A stretch of DNA of 44,244 nt, from IMG/VR virus record IMGVR_UViG_3300011412_000002, positions 1-44,244 of that record. The stretch is one strand, 5' to 3'. Origin of the DNA: a virus (Duplodnaviria > Caudoviricetes). Positions 1 to 9,428 of the stretch are shown piece after piece. Position numbers and translations under genes: made by a program. Numbering within the stretch: position 1 is the stretch's first letter; each line of letters begins with the position of its first letter. Under the pieces are notes generated by a model, which was not told where the DNA came from, made no database searches, and saw only the letters and a list, made by a program, of their open reading frames with translations.

Positions 1-123
1 CGCGGCCAACCCGGTCACCCTGCAGGCGCCGACCCGCACGGCCAGCTACCCGGCCAGCGTCGTGACGCAGGGCACCTTCGTCGGGGCGCTCGGCGCGTCG
101 GAGACCGAGACCCTGGCCCTGTC
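1..123. repeat. Terminal direct repeat (identical to 44122-44244); circular assembly overlap
   Basis: The first 123 nt (cgcggccaac...ccctgtc) are identical to the last 123 nt, and the capsid reading frame is continuous across the join. Confidence 0.95.
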
Positions 124-259
124 CGGGGACAAGGCGCAGCTCATCGAGGCCGCCCAGCGCAACCAGCGGGCGCTGCCCGAGGGCAACGGCGCCGACGCCG
201 AGGCCCGCTCCCGGCGCACCGCCGACCGCACCCCCGACCGCACCACCAACGCCGGCTAA
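2..259 (+). CDS. C-terminal part of the major capsid protein (continues from 43223)
   Basis: In frame with the ORF starting at 43223 across the circular junction (...RLAWC|AANPVTLQAP...TTNAG*). Confidence 0.9.
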   Translation, partial: AANPVTLQAPTRTASYPASVVTQGTFVGALGASETETLALSGDKAQLIEAAQRNQRALPEGNGADAEARSRRTADRTPDRTTNAG

Positions 260-263
260 GCGC

Positions 264-358
264 GTCGCACCGCTTTACGAGGGGTGGGGGTAGGATGGGG
301 GCGAGATGACCGATCGGTCAGCCCCCCCCACCCCCTCCCCCTCGTTAAGCGGTGCCAC
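264..358. repeat. Composite inverted element: motif A (rev, 271-283) - palindrome B (307-320) - motif A (fwd, 339-351)
   Basis: gtcgcaccgctttacgaggggtggggg is nearly the reverse complement of ccccctccccctcgttaagcggtgccac; tgaccgatcggtca lies between them, directly after the capsid stop. Confidence 0.85.
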
Positions 359-680
359 CCGAGATCTGGGCGCCGGGGTGGCCGACCCGATCCTGGTCGT
401 TACCCTCGACGCCCGCCACGTCGAGACGGTGCTGCGGGCGCACCGCCTGCTGCGCCCCACGCTCGAATGGGCGGACGAGGTCAACCGCGCCGATCGGGTG
501 ATCGCCGTCTGCGAGCGGGCCCTGCGGATTCACCGGGACTGGATCGAGGAGCGAGAACGTGCCAGCGAAGACCGCCAAGCAGCAGAGGTTCTTCGGCGCC
601 GAGAAAGCGCGGCGCGACGAGGGCAAGGCGCCCCGCGTGAAGGGGATGTCCGACGCCGAGGTCGACAAGATGGCGCATAA
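306..680 (+). CDS. Hypothetical protein (start uncertain; 3' third overlaps the next gene)
   Basis: The central part has phage-like codon usage; the N-terminus is made of motif B and motif A sequence. Confidence 0.4.
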   Translation: MTDRSAPPTPSPSLSGATRDLGAGVADPILVVTLDARHVETVLRAHRLLRPTLEWADEVNRADRVIAVCERALRIHRDWIEERERASEDRQAAEVLRRRESAARRGQGAPREGDVRRRGRQDGA

Positions 681-702
681 GGGGAAGGGCAAGCGGAAGT
701 GA
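559..702 (+). CDS. Small basic protein, DUF3008-like (MPAKTAKQQRFFGAEKARR...GMSDAEVDKMAHKGKGKRK), not in the ORF track
   Basis: GAGGAG RBS then GTG; MPAK-x-K-x-QQ and MS-x-x-E-x-x-x-MA pattern recalled for DUF3008 phage proteins; GTGA overlap with the next gene. Confidence 0.65.
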   Translation: MPAKTAKQQRFFGAEKARRDEGKAPRVKGMSDAEVDKMAHKGKGKRK

Positions 703-1313
703 CGGCCCCCCTGCTGCGTAACGTCGCCCTGGCCACCCCGCGCTCCGGCGCCGCCGGGAGCCAGGGGCGGGTCACCGAAGCGATCGTCTCCTGCTACACC
801 GGGCGGCACTCGACGCCGTGCTACATCGAGGTGGAGTACGGCCCGACGACGTCCTACGGGACGACGACCCCCCGCACGCCCACCGCCGGCTACCACGAGA
901 TGCCGGTGAGCGGGCTGACGCCGGGCGGGTACTACCACTTCCGGGTGAAGGCGACCGACCCGACCGACGCCGGCAACCCTACCTACTCGCAGGACTACAC
1001 GTTCACCCAACCCCCCGACGTGGTGCCCCCGGGCCCCACGATCGTCAACCAACCCATGACGGGGATCACGACGACGGGGGCCACCGTCAACTGGACGACC
1101 AACCCGGCGCAGCCCCCGGGGACGGTGCAGTACTCGACCTCGCCCAGCCTCGTGCCGCTGCTCAGCGCCACCGAGGGCGGGGGCAACGTGACCACCCACA
1201 CGCGCCCGCTGACGGGGCTCACGCCGGTGACCCGGTATTACTACCGGATTGTGCAGCCGGGGGTCACCGGGGGCGCCACCGTGGGCAGCCTGCAAACCTT
1301 CCTGACCGTGTGA
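699..1313 (+). CDS. Tandem fibronectin type III (Fn3)-domain virion protein, probable capsid decoration
   Basis: Two repeats of the type V(E/Q)Y...H...(V/L)xGLTPxxxY(H/Y)(F/Y)R(V/I); located near the capsid gene. Confidence 0.75.
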   Translation: MTAPLLRNVALATPRSGAAGSQGRVTEAIVSCYTGRHSTPCYIEVEYGPTTSYGTTTPRTPTAGYHEMPVSGLTPGGYYHFRVKATDPTDAGNPTYSQDYTFTQPPDVVPPGPTIVNQPMTGITTTGATVNWTTNPAQPPGTVQYSTSPSLVPLLSATEGGGNVTTHTRPLTGLTPVTRYYYRIVQPGVTGGATVGSLQTFLTV

Positions 1314-1326
1314 GAGGAGACCGCAG

Positions 1327-1590
1327 ATGGCCGAGCGCAAGCAGACCAGCGAGGAGCGGGCGCACGTCGAGGCGTCGAAGGCGGTGGGGCAGCAGCTCGG
1401 GCCCCGCAAGCTGGGGGGCACCATCATCGAGGCGGACGGGCGAGTGACCTACACCCGGGACGGCGCGCTGCGCGCGACGCCGAACGGGCCCCTCGACCCG
1501 ACCATCATCCCCGACCAGTTCCCGGAGCACGGGCAGGAGCTGAAGGTCGTCGACCGGGGCGACGCCGCGCCCCTGACCGGCGACAAGTAG
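1327..1590 (+). CDS. Hypothetical protein (structural module)
   Basis: GAGGAG RBS, ATG start, abuts the next gene. Confidence 0.7.
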   Translation: MAERKQTSEERAHVEASKAVGQQLGPRKLGGTIIEADGRVTYTRDGALRATPNGPLDPTIIPDQFPEHGQELKVVDRGDAAPLTGDK

Positions 1591-4179
1591 GTGGCCTGGG
1601 CGCACGGCCGGGTGGCGGTCTTCGTCCCCAGGGGGCGGGCCACCGTCCCCCTCCCCGGGGCGACGGTGCGGGCCTACGCGCCGGGGACGGACGTGCCCTG
1701 GGGTGCGCCCCTGTACCTCGACCCCCGGGGCGATACCCCGGCGGCGTTCCCGCTGACCACCGGCGCCGGCGGGACGGTCGAGCTGTGGGCCCCGGCGCCG
1801 GCGCGCTTCGAGGCCCGCGTCGAGGCGCCGGGCTACGCCCCGCGCCGGCTGCTGGTCGAGCTGGCGTACCCGGAGGAGCCGGCTGCGCCGGCGCTGCCGG
1901 TGCCGGCCTACCAGCTCATGCCGGCGCCGCTGGCGGCGGACTACGCCCGCGCGCTGGGGCAGGTCACGGTGTTCGGCGCCGACCGGGGCGGGGCGGTGCC
2001 CCTGGCCGGGGCGGCGGTCTGGGCCTACGAGCCCGGGACGGAGACCCCCTGGGGCGCGCCCCTGTACGACGACCCCGGCTCGCCCACCCCGCTGACCTTC
2101 CCGGTGCTGACCGACGCCAGCGGGCAGCTCGCGCTGTGGGCGGACGAACCGGGCCGGGTGGAACTGCGCTACCAGGCGACCGGCTACGCCGCCGAGCGGA
2201 CGCTGCTCGACCTCGAACCACCGCCTGTCGAGGGTGGTGGGCCACCGGGGCCTGAGGGGCCACCGGGGCCTGAGGGGCCGCCGGGGCCGCAGGGTGACCC
2301 GGGGCCGACCGGCCCACCGGGTGCGGATTCGGCGGTGCCTGGCCCGCAAGGCCCGGCTGGCGCAACGGGCGCGCAAGGCCCCGCCGGCCCCGGCGTGCCA
2401 ACGGGCGGCACCGCCCTCCAGGTGCTGACCAAGACCAGCGCGACCGACTACGCCACGGCCTGGCAGGCGCCCGCGGCGCCCCCTGCGGGCACCGGCGGCC
2501 TGCTCACCACGAAGGGCGACCTCGTCGGACGGAGCGCGAGTGCCGATGTCCGCATCCCGGTCGGGGCCACCGGGTACGTCCTCAAGGCGGACGCGGCGTG
2601 GCCGAACGGCGTGGTCTGGACGTCCACCCTGGGGTCGATGAACTTCGTAGACGCCTCCACGAGCGGCATCCTGGTGGGCGTGGACGCCACGGACGCCACG
2701 GGCGACCGCATCGCCGGGCACCTGCTCAAGCGGCGCGGCTCCCCCCGCTGGCTAGTCGGGAAGACCAGCAACGCCGAGGGGGGCGCGAACGCGGGCAGCG
2801 ACTTCTACGTCTACCGCTACGACGACGCGGGCGCGGGCCTCGGGCAGGCGCTGGGGATCAACCGGGCCAGCGGGCTGGTCACCATCCCCGGGGCGCTCAC
2901 GGTCGGCGGGAAGCTGATCACCCCGGCCTCCCTGGCCGGCGCCGCCGGGCTCAACGCGCCGCACGGGGTGGCCCCGACCGCCCCGGCCAACGGCGACCTC
3001 TGGACGACGACCGCAGGGCTGTACGCCCGCATCAACGGCGCGACGGTCGGGCCGCTGGGCGCCGGGGGTGGTGGCGGCGCGCCGGGCGGCGCGACCACGC
3101 AGCTCCAGTTCAACGACGCCGGGGCGTTCGGCGGGGCGGTCAACACCGTCTACAACAAGGCCACGGGGGCACTCACCCTCAACGGGCCGGTCACGTTGGG
3201 GAGCGACCTGCACCTCGACCGGGCCGCCGGAACCGACCGGGCGCTGCGGTGGCGCAGCAGCGGGAGCGAGCGGTGGGTGCTGGACGCGACCTCGGCCGCC
3301 GAGTCGGGGGGCGGGGCCGGGAGCGACCTCGCCCTCTACCGCTACGACGACGCCGGGGGGTTCCTCGGGCCGGCGCTCTCGTTCTCCCGGGCCACGGCGG
3401 CGGCCACCTTCGCGGGGAACGTCACCGCCCCCGAACTGCTCGCGACCGGCCCGACCGCCCAGGTGGTCGTGGGCGACCGCGACGGGGGCAACGGCTACCT
3501 GTTCTACGCCCAGGGCGGGGCCTTCTCCGTCTACGACCGCAACCGCTACGCCACGGTGCTGTCGATCAACAACACGGGGGCGGCCGCCTTCGCCGGGGCG
3601 ATCACCAGCGGCGGCTCCCCCGTCATCACCCAGACCACCGGGGACGCCCGCTACGAGCCCCTGGACAGCGCCTACACCAAGGCCGAGGCGGACGCCAAGT
3701 ACGCGCTCGCCGGGGCCTACCTGACCCAAGCGACGGCCGACCCGCTGTACGTCAACGTGACCGGCGCCGAGGCGATGGCCGGGCCGCTGAGCCTCGGCAC
3801 GAACCCGGCGGCGGCCGGGATCGTCCGCCTGCCCAACAACCAGGGCCTCTCCTGGCGCAACGCGGCGAACACGGCCGACATCACCCTGACGGTCAGCGCG
3901 AGCAACCTGCTCTACACCAACACGCACCTGATCCCCGCGTCCACCAACAACCACGACCTGGGGGCGACCGCCGTCCGCTGGCGCAAGACCTGGGCGGTGG
4001 ACGGGGAGACGACCAACGTCCCCACCATCGGAGGCGTGTCGATGGACACCCGCTACGCCCTCGCCTCCGCGCTGACGGCCCTGACCACCCGGGTGGCGAC
4101 CCTGGAGGCGCAGATCCTCAGCCACACGCACCAATCCGGCACCGTGCAGAACGCCGGCGGGGCGGCGATCGTCCCCTAA
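1591..4179 (+). CDS. Tail fibre / collagen-repeat virion protein
   Basis: G-X-Y collagen run ([25 protein letters not shown]...), duplicated N-terminal domain (PLxGAxVxAYxPGTxxPWGAPLYxDP x2), repeated fibre knob motif (AGSDxxxYRYDDAG x2), and a C-terminal coiled coil. Confidence 0.8.
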   Translation: MAWAHGRVAVFVPRGRATVPLPGATVRAYAPGTDVPWGAPLYLDPRGDTPAAFPLTTGAGGTVELWAPAPARFEARVEAPGYAPRRLLVELAYPEEPAAPALPVPAYQLMPAPLAADYARALGQVTVFGADRGGAVPLAGAAVWAYEPGTETPWGAPLYDDPGSPTPLTFPVLTDASGQLALWADEPGRVELRYQATGYAAERTLLDLEPPPVEGGGPPGPEGPPGPEGPPGPQGDPGPTGPPGADSAVPGPQGPAGATGAQGPAGPGVPTGGTALQVLTKTSATDYATAWQAPAAPPAGTGGLLTTKGDLVGRSASADVRIPVGATGYVLKADAAWPNGVVWTSTLGSMNFVDASTSGILVGVDATDATGDRIAGHLLKRRGSPRWLVGKTSNAEGGANAGSDFYVYRYDDAGAGLGQALGINRASGLVTIPGALTVGGKLITPASLAGAAGLNAPHGVAPTAPANGDLWTTTAGLYARINGATVGPLGAGGGGGAPGGATTQLQFNDAGAFGGAVNTVYNKATGALTLNGPVTLGSDLHLDRAAGTDRALRWRSSGSERWVLDATSAAESGGGAGSDLALYRYDDAGGFLGPALSFSRATAAATFAGNVTAPELLATGPTAQVVVGDRDGGNGYLFYAQGGAFSVYDRNRYATVLSINNTGAAAFAGAITSGGSPVITQTTGDARYEPLDSAYTKAEADAKYALAGAYLTQATADPLYVNVTGAEAMAGPLSLGTNPAAAGIVRLPNNQGLSWRNAANTADITLTVSASNLLYTNTHLIPASTNNHDLGATAVRWRKTWAVDGETTNVPTIGGVSMDTRYALASALTALTTRVATLEAQILSHTHQSGTVQNAGGAAIVP

Positions 4180-4188
4180 GGAGCCACG

Positions 4189-5337
4189 ATGGGCAGCGTC
4201 GTCTTACTCCCCCTGGCCCCGGAGCCGGCGCTGCCGGGCGAGCCCGTCTCGCTGGCGGACGTCGAGCGGGAGACCGCCTCCCGGCTGGGCCCCTTCTTCG
4301 ACCTCGTCGCCTCCGGCGGGACGCCCGACACCGTGCTCGTCGCCGGGCTGCGCTCCAGTGCCCCGTTGGGGGGCTACGAGGGGCTGTGGCTGCTGCGCCG
4401 GGACGCCGTCCGCACCAACGACCGCGTCCGCACGGTGACCGTCTACAACGGCCCCAACGGCAGCCTGGGGGTGGACTTCCCCTACGAGGACACCCCCGTC
4501 GCCGGCGAGCGGGTCGAGCTGCACCACCTGCACCCCGACCAGCAGCTCTTCGTCGACGTCCTGGCCGCCCTGCGCCGCTGCTACCTGCTGGACACGCTGG
4601 CCGTCGCGCCCCCGGCCCCCCCGGCCGAGGCATACGTCGCCCTGGCCACCATCCGGGAGGTGAACGGCTGGGTGGTCAACGGCCACGCCGACACCACCGC
4701 CCCCACCCCCCGTGCCCCCCACCCCTCGTTAAGCGGTGCCACCCGGAGCGCCTCCGGCGGCTCGGTGGTCGACCTGACGGCGCAGGCCTTCTGGCTGCAC
4801 GACCCCCGGCAGGTGCTGGCGGTGGGCTCCGACGGGGCCCTGCTGCCCCACGTCGGGCGCTACGGGGACGACCGCGCCGGGGGCTGGACGTGCTACGCCT
4901 CGCGCGGGAGGGTGTACCTCAACGTGCCCACGGGGGTGCCCCTGGACACCCTGGTGGTGCGGGCCTACCGGGACGCCTTTGGTTTGGTGAACGGGGAGGA
5001 CGCGCCGAGCGGGCCCGTCTTCGACGGCGACGCCGACGAGCTGGCGGTGCCCCTAGACTACATCTGCGCCTTCGCCCACATCGAGGCCTGGCGGCGCCAC
5101 CGCGACCGCCTCGAAGCGAGCGCCGCCGAGGGGCGCTTCGCCACCCAGAGCGAAGCGAGCACTGAGGCCACCCGCGTCGCCAGCCTGTACGCCGACTTCT
5201 TGTTCCGCCCCCAGACCGAGCGGGGCGACCGCATCGCGCTGCCCTTCGGCGCCTCGGGTCAGACGGTGAACGGGTTGGGTGGGAGCGGGGCCCTGACCGG
5301 GGCGGTGGTGAACATCAACGATCCCTACGCCGACTGA
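4189..5337 (+). CDS. Probable head-tail adaptor / tail tubular protein A-like
   Basis: AAGGAG RBS; position between fibre and nozzle-like gene; helical C-terminus (VPLDYICAFAHIEAW). The function is inferred from synteny. Confidence 0.5.
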   Translation: MGSVVLLPLAPEPALPGEPVSLADVERETASRLGPFFDLVASGGTPDTVLVAGLRSSAPLGGYEGLWLLRRDAVRTNDRVRTVTVYNGPNGSLGVDFPYEDTPVAGERVELHHLHPDQQLFVDVLAALRRCYLLDTLAVAPPAPPAEAYVALATIREVNGWVVNGHADTTAPTPRAPHPSLSGATRSASGGSVVDLTAQAFWLHDPRQVLAVGSDGALLPHVGRYGDDRAGGWTCYASRGRVYLNVPTGVPLDTLVVRAYRDAFGLVNGEDAPSGPVFDGDADELAVPLDYICAFAHIEAWRRHRDRLEASAAEGRFATQSEASTEATRVASLYADFLFRPQTERGDRIALPFGASGQTVNGLGGSGALTGAVVNINDPYAD

Positions 5338-5365
5338 CCGATTGGTCAAGGTAGACTGAGCGCAG

Positions 5366-7576
5366 ATGCCCCCCACGCGCACGCGCCCCTGGCCCTACGA
5401 CCTGCGCCTCGCCTTCGTGCAGCCCGCCGTGGGCGGGCCCGGCGGGGGCACCGTCGTGGACGCCTCCGGGGAGGAGATCCTGCCGGGTGAGGTGGGGCCC
5501 GAGTACGGGCTGATGACGGCGGACGGGCACGTCGCCCGGCGGGTCGACCCGCTGGGCACGGGGACGTTCCCCGAGGCCCAGGAGTACGCCGCGAGCGACG
5601 TCTACAAGGAGCGCTCGTTCGTCTACCGGCGCCCCTTCCTGGGGATGGGGGAGCGGACGCAGAACGGCAGCACCACGCCCCGCTACTATTATGCTTGGAA
5701 CGCCCAGAGCTACCTGACCATGCGCGGGCGGGGCCCCAAGTGGCACCCCGTCGACACCGGGGCGGCGACCGAGGGCCCGGTGCTGGGCTTCGTGGAGGGG
5801 GTGCACGCCGGCGCCGTTACCCTGTTCATCCTGGCCGGGCGTTACATCCGCCGGCACGCCGGCGACCTGCTCGGGCAGTCGGTGCTGAGCCACGACCTGG
5901 GGGCCGGCAACTGGGCCCGCAGCGCCACCCGCTGGCGCACCCGGGGCCCGGCGCCCCAGGAGTTCCTGTACGTCACCGACAACCTGGCCCGCGTCTGGCG
6001 CTACGACGGCGCGGTGTGGGCCCAGGTGACCACCATCGGCACCCGCTCGATCCTGTGGTCGACGCGCGACGAGCTGTGGGGCAGCGACCTGGAGTTCGTC
6101 ACCAAGTGCGAGGGCGACCCCGCCGACCCGGCGGACTGGACGCTGCCGGTGCCCTGCGGGGACGGCACCGCCCCGGTCAACGGGATCTCGGACATCGCCG
6201 GCGTCCCCTTCTTCTTCCTCGACGACGGTTCGGTCTGGTCGATGCTCAGCGACACCACCACGCAGCCCCTGTTCCGGGGCCTGGAGACGGCCCGCAACCC
6301 GGGCAACGGGCGCAACCCGCACCAGTGGCTGGGGCAGATCTTCTTCCGCTCCGGCGCCACCCTGTACAAGCTGACGTCGGGCGCCACCGGGGCGACCTTC
6401 GAGGTGGTCGGGCCGGAGAAGGTGCAGACCAACACCGGGCCGGTGCGCGGGCCCGTCACCTGCTTCACCGGGGCCCAGGGCTACTACGGGTTCGTGGGGC
6501 AGTACAACTCGATGGCCCGCTCCCCCACCGGCTTCGAGGGGCCCTGCTCGTTCCTGCAGCGGTACGGGACGTGGGCCCCCAGCGAGGGCGACGAGGAGGG
6601 CGTGGCCGTCTTCGTGGACGGCTACGACGGGGCCCAGATCGCCTGGGAGGGCCGGGAGATCACCACCCTCGCCTACGTGGACACGGCCACGGTGACCGGG
6701 CCGGACGCCGACGCGATCGGCGCCGGCAACCCCCGGCTGTTCGCGGGCTTCGCTGACGGCGGCTACGGCTGGTGCTACCAGCCCCGGAACGGCCCCAACC
6801 CGTTCACCGCCGGCAGCGGCTGCGACTACACCACCGACCTCTCGTTCCTGCGCTGGCCCCGCCACAGCATGGACGCCCCGGCCGACCTGAAGGGCTACCT
6901 GTCGTTCGACGTGTCCGGCCCCTACCTCGACCCCTACCGTTGGGTGGACGTCGAGTACCGGATCGACGCCAACGGGGAGACCGAGCCGTGGGCGCAGCTC
7001 GCCCGCCCGCTGTGGCAGACGGCCGAGCGGTTGACCTTCCCGGCGCCGACGCTGGGCAAGATCATCGAGGTGCGCGAGCGCTACGGGGCCAGCCCGCCGC
7101 CCGACCCGCCGCCGCCCCAGCCGGCGCCCTACCCGCCGGGCCCCACGCTGGCCGAGTGGACGCGCCTGCAGACCCCGGTGGTGGCCACCCTGGTGCTGCG
7201 CGAGCAGCTCCGGCCGGCCTACCGCGCCGAGTACGCGGTGACCCTGCGGGCCACCGACTGGGCCCCCCGCCACGACGGGGGCACCTCCCGCCTGACGGCG
7301 AGGCAAATTCGGGAACTGCTGAAGCGGGCGGCGGACGCCCCGAGCACGCTGCGGATCCTGCTGCCGGACGAGGAGGCGGGCGACTTCACCTTCGTCACCT
7401 ACCAGGAGCGGATGCCCCAGGCGGGGCGCTTCAAGCGCTACGGCCAGAGCACGCTGGTGGACGTCACCGCCGTGGCCTACCGCACCCAGGCGGTGCGGGG
7501 CATCGTGGCCCGCTTCTACGACCAGACCGTGCTGAGCCTGGACGACCTGACCGTGTTGGAGTGTGACGAGCTATGA
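5366..7576 (+). CDS. Probable tail nozzle / tubular protein B-like (beta-rich)
   Basis: 736 aa, aromatic and beta-strand rich, podovirus-type synteny. Confidence 0.5.
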   Translation: MPPTRTRPWPYDLRLAFVQPAVGGPGGGTVVDASGEEILPGEVGPEYGLMTADGHVARRVDPLGTGTFPEAQEYAASDVYKERSFVYRRPFLGMGERTQNGSTTPRYYYAWNAQSYLTMRGRGPKWHPVDTGAATEGPVLGFVEGVHAGAVTLFILAGRYIRRHAGDLLGQSVLSHDLGAGNWARSATRWRTRGPAPQEFLYVTDNLARVWRYDGAVWAQVTTIGTRSILWSTRDELWGSDLEFVTKCEGDPADPADWTLPVPCGDGTAPVNGISDIAGVPFFFLDDGSVWSMLSDTTTQPLFRGLETARNPGNGRNPHQWLGQIFFRSGATLYKLTSGATGATFEVVGPEKVQTNTGPVRGPVTCFTGAQGYYGFVGQYNSMARSPTGFEGPCSFLQRYGTWAPSEGDEEGVAVFVDGYDGAQIAWEGREITTLAYVDTATVTGPDADAIGAGNPRLFAGFADGGYGWCYQPRNGPNPFTAGSGCDYTTDLSFLRWPRHSMDAPADLKGYLSFDVSGPYLDPYRWVDVEYRIDANGETEPWAQLARPLWQTAERLTFPAPTLGKIIEVRERYGASPPPDPPPPQPAPYPPGPTLAEWTRLQTPVVATLVLREQLRPAYRAEYAVTLRATDWAPRHDGGTSRLTARQIRELLKRAADAPSTLRILLPDEEAGDFTFVTYQERMPQAGRFKRYGQSTLVDVTAVAYRTQAVRGIVARFYDQTVLSLDDLTVLECDEL

Positions 7577-7613
7577 GCGGCGCCTCGCTTAACGAGGGGT
7601 GGAGGGTGGGGAC

Positions 7614-9164
7614 ATGACGGTGTTGCTGGGGACGATGTCCCTGCCCGCGCCCGAGGACGCCGACCTGGTGCGGACGTACCTCAACGGGACGCACGGCAGC
7701 GGGGGGCTGTGGGAGGCCCTGACCCGGTCGAGCAACCACGACCACACGGGGGGCGCGAACGGGAAGCCGATCTCCATCAGCTCGATCCCAGACGGCTCGA
7801 TCACGACGGGCAAGCTTGACCCCAGCGTGCTGCTGCCCTACGCGCTGGTCGACGGGTCGAAGCCCTTCACCGGCCAGGTGACGATGCAGGCCGACGCCAT
7901 CGTCCGCGACGCCCTGTACTTCGGCCAGCAGGGGAGCGCGGTGGCCCCGGACGCGACCCTCACGCGGACGGGAGCGGGGGCGCTGCGGGTGGACACCCAC
8001 CTGGGGGTGGGTGTGAATCCGGCGGCGTGGGGGGCGGCCGACCGGGTGATCCAGGTCGGGCAGACGGGGGTCGTGCGCGGACAGGCGGCCGGACAGAACG
8101 TCTACGTGCAGGACAACTCCTACAGCGACGGCACGAATAACCGCGCCATCGTGGCGGGGTTCTCCTCGCTGCTCAACCTGACTGGCGGGGGGGTCACGGC
8201 GTATACCGCGCCCTCCGTCGCGGCGGGAGCGACCCAGACGTTCACGCAGCGGCTGAGCCTCGGCAACACCGGCACCCTCACCCTGACCCCGGATGGTGGG
8301 CAACCCTCCCTGGTCATCGGAACGGCATCGGGTGCGGGCTCAGCGGCCATCCAGTACCGCAGCGACGACAACGTGATCCGCTGGTCGGCGGGCATCGACA
8401 GCGCCGCGAGTGGGAAAGACCTCATCTGGTATCACGCCCCGGCTCCGGCGGGGGTGAAGGCACGACTGGCGACCACCGGCACCCTCACCCTGACCCCGGA
8501 TGCGGGGGTAACCGGGCTGACGGTCACGGGCACCGCAGCGGGAGCCGCCATCGACTTCTCCGGGGGCACCCAGTTGATCCGCAACGGGGCAGGCAACCTG
8601 CTGTTCCACGCCGGGGCGCCGGGCGTGGTCGGCCCCGCCCTCGACAACACCGTCAGCGCCGGGGGCGCGAGCAACCGCTACGGCAGCGTGTGGGCCGTGA
8701 CCGGGACGGTCAGCGCCTCCTCCGCGGCCGTCAAGGAGGGCATCACCCCCCTCGACCCGGCCGCCTGCTACCAGGCGGCGAAGGACGTGCGCTGGTACGA
8801 GTTCGCCTACCTGCCCATGACCTACGTCGCACCAGAACCGCCCCCGGACATCGCCTACGACGCCGCCGACGACAACGAGACGAAGGCCGCGAAGAAGGCG
8901 GCGCGGGACGAGGCCGAGGCGGCGAGCAAAGCGGCCCACCTGAAGATGGTGGCCGAGACGGCCCCGGCCCGGCACCAGCGGGGGTTCGTGTTCCCCGCCG
9001 GGGCCGAGAGCAAGGACGAGGCGGGTGGCACTTTGCCCCCGGTGCCCGACCTGTTCGGCCTTTCGGATCGGCAGTCCACCACCCCGCAGGCCGACCTCGC
9101 CACGCTGGGTTGTGCGCTGCAAGAGGTCATCCGTCGCCTCGAAACACTGGAGGCGCAGCCATGA
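7614..9164 (+). CDS. Tail fibre/spike with C-terminal intramolecular chaperone (peptidase S74-like)
   Basis: Gly/Thr-rich beta repeats; S-S-x-x-x-K-x-x-I-x-x-L (SSAAVKEGITPL) followed by WYEFAY, RGFV and a terminal coiled coil (ALQEVIRRLETLE). Confidence 0.75.
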   Translation: MTVLLGTMSLPAPEDADLVRTYLNGTHGSGGLWEALTRSSNHDHTGGANGKPISISSIPDGSITTGKLDPSVLLPYALVDGSKPFTGQVTMQADAIVRDALYFGQQGSAVAPDATLTRTGAGALRVDTHLGVGVNPAAWGAADRVIQVGQTGVVRGQAAGQNVYVQDNSYSDGTNNRAIVAGFSSLLNLTGGGVTAYTAPSVAAGATQTFTQRLSLGNTGTLTLTPDGGQPSLVIGTASGAGSAAIQYRSDDNVIRWSAGIDSAASGKDLIWYHAPAPAGVKARLATTGTLTLTPDAGVTGLTVTGTAAGAAIDFSGGTQLIRNGAGNLLFHAGAPGVVGPALDNTVSAGGASNRYGSVWAVTGTVSASSAAVKEGITPLDPAACYQAAKDVRWYEFAYLPMTYVAPEPPPDIAYDAADDNETKAAKKAARDEAEAASKAAHLKMVAETAPARHQRGFVFPAGAESKDEAGGTLPPVPDLFGLSDRQSTTPQADLATLGCALQEVIRRLETLEAQP

Positions 9165-9427
9165 CCGAACGGTCGAACGGGGGCGCACCGCTTTACGAGG
9201 GGGAGGGGGGTAGGGTGATCGAGCTGGGCCCGGCCACCCGCAAGCAGCTCGAAGCGGTGCTCGGGCAGGCCGCCGGCGGGCTGCTGGCGGCGGTGATCGA
9301 GGCCGCCGGCTACGAGCTGGAGGACGGCTGGGCCCTGACCATCGGCCACGCCACGCTCACCCGCACCGCCCCGCAGCGCAACGGCGCCCCTCCCCACCCC
9401 CACCCCTCGCTAAGCGAAGCCACCTGA
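9161..9427 (+). CDS. Hypothetical protein bracketed by motifs B/A at the start and A at the end (alternative GTG start at 9215)
   Basis: ATGA overlap with the fibre gene; GGAGG RBS. Confidence 0.55.
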   Translation: MTERSNGGAPLYEGEGGRVIELGPATRKQLEAVLGQAAGGLLAAVIEAAGYELEDGWALTIGHATLTRTAPQRNGAPPHPHPSLSEAT

Positions 9428-9428
9428 C

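Noticed and set aside
1-123. Biological terminal repeat of the virion DNA
   Set aside because: It falls mid-gene in the capsid ORF and its length fits an assembler overlap, so I treat it only as evidence of circularity.
1591-9164. Diversity-generating retroelement or invertase-driven fibre switching
   Set aside because: No reverse transcriptase, template/variable repeat pair or invertase is visible; the repeats seen are in-frame domain duplications.
9189-9210. KOPS (GGGNAGGG) as the explanation for the G-tract of motif A
   Set aside because: Only some copies contain it, orientation is mixed, and it does not explain the conserved CGCTTWACGA core.
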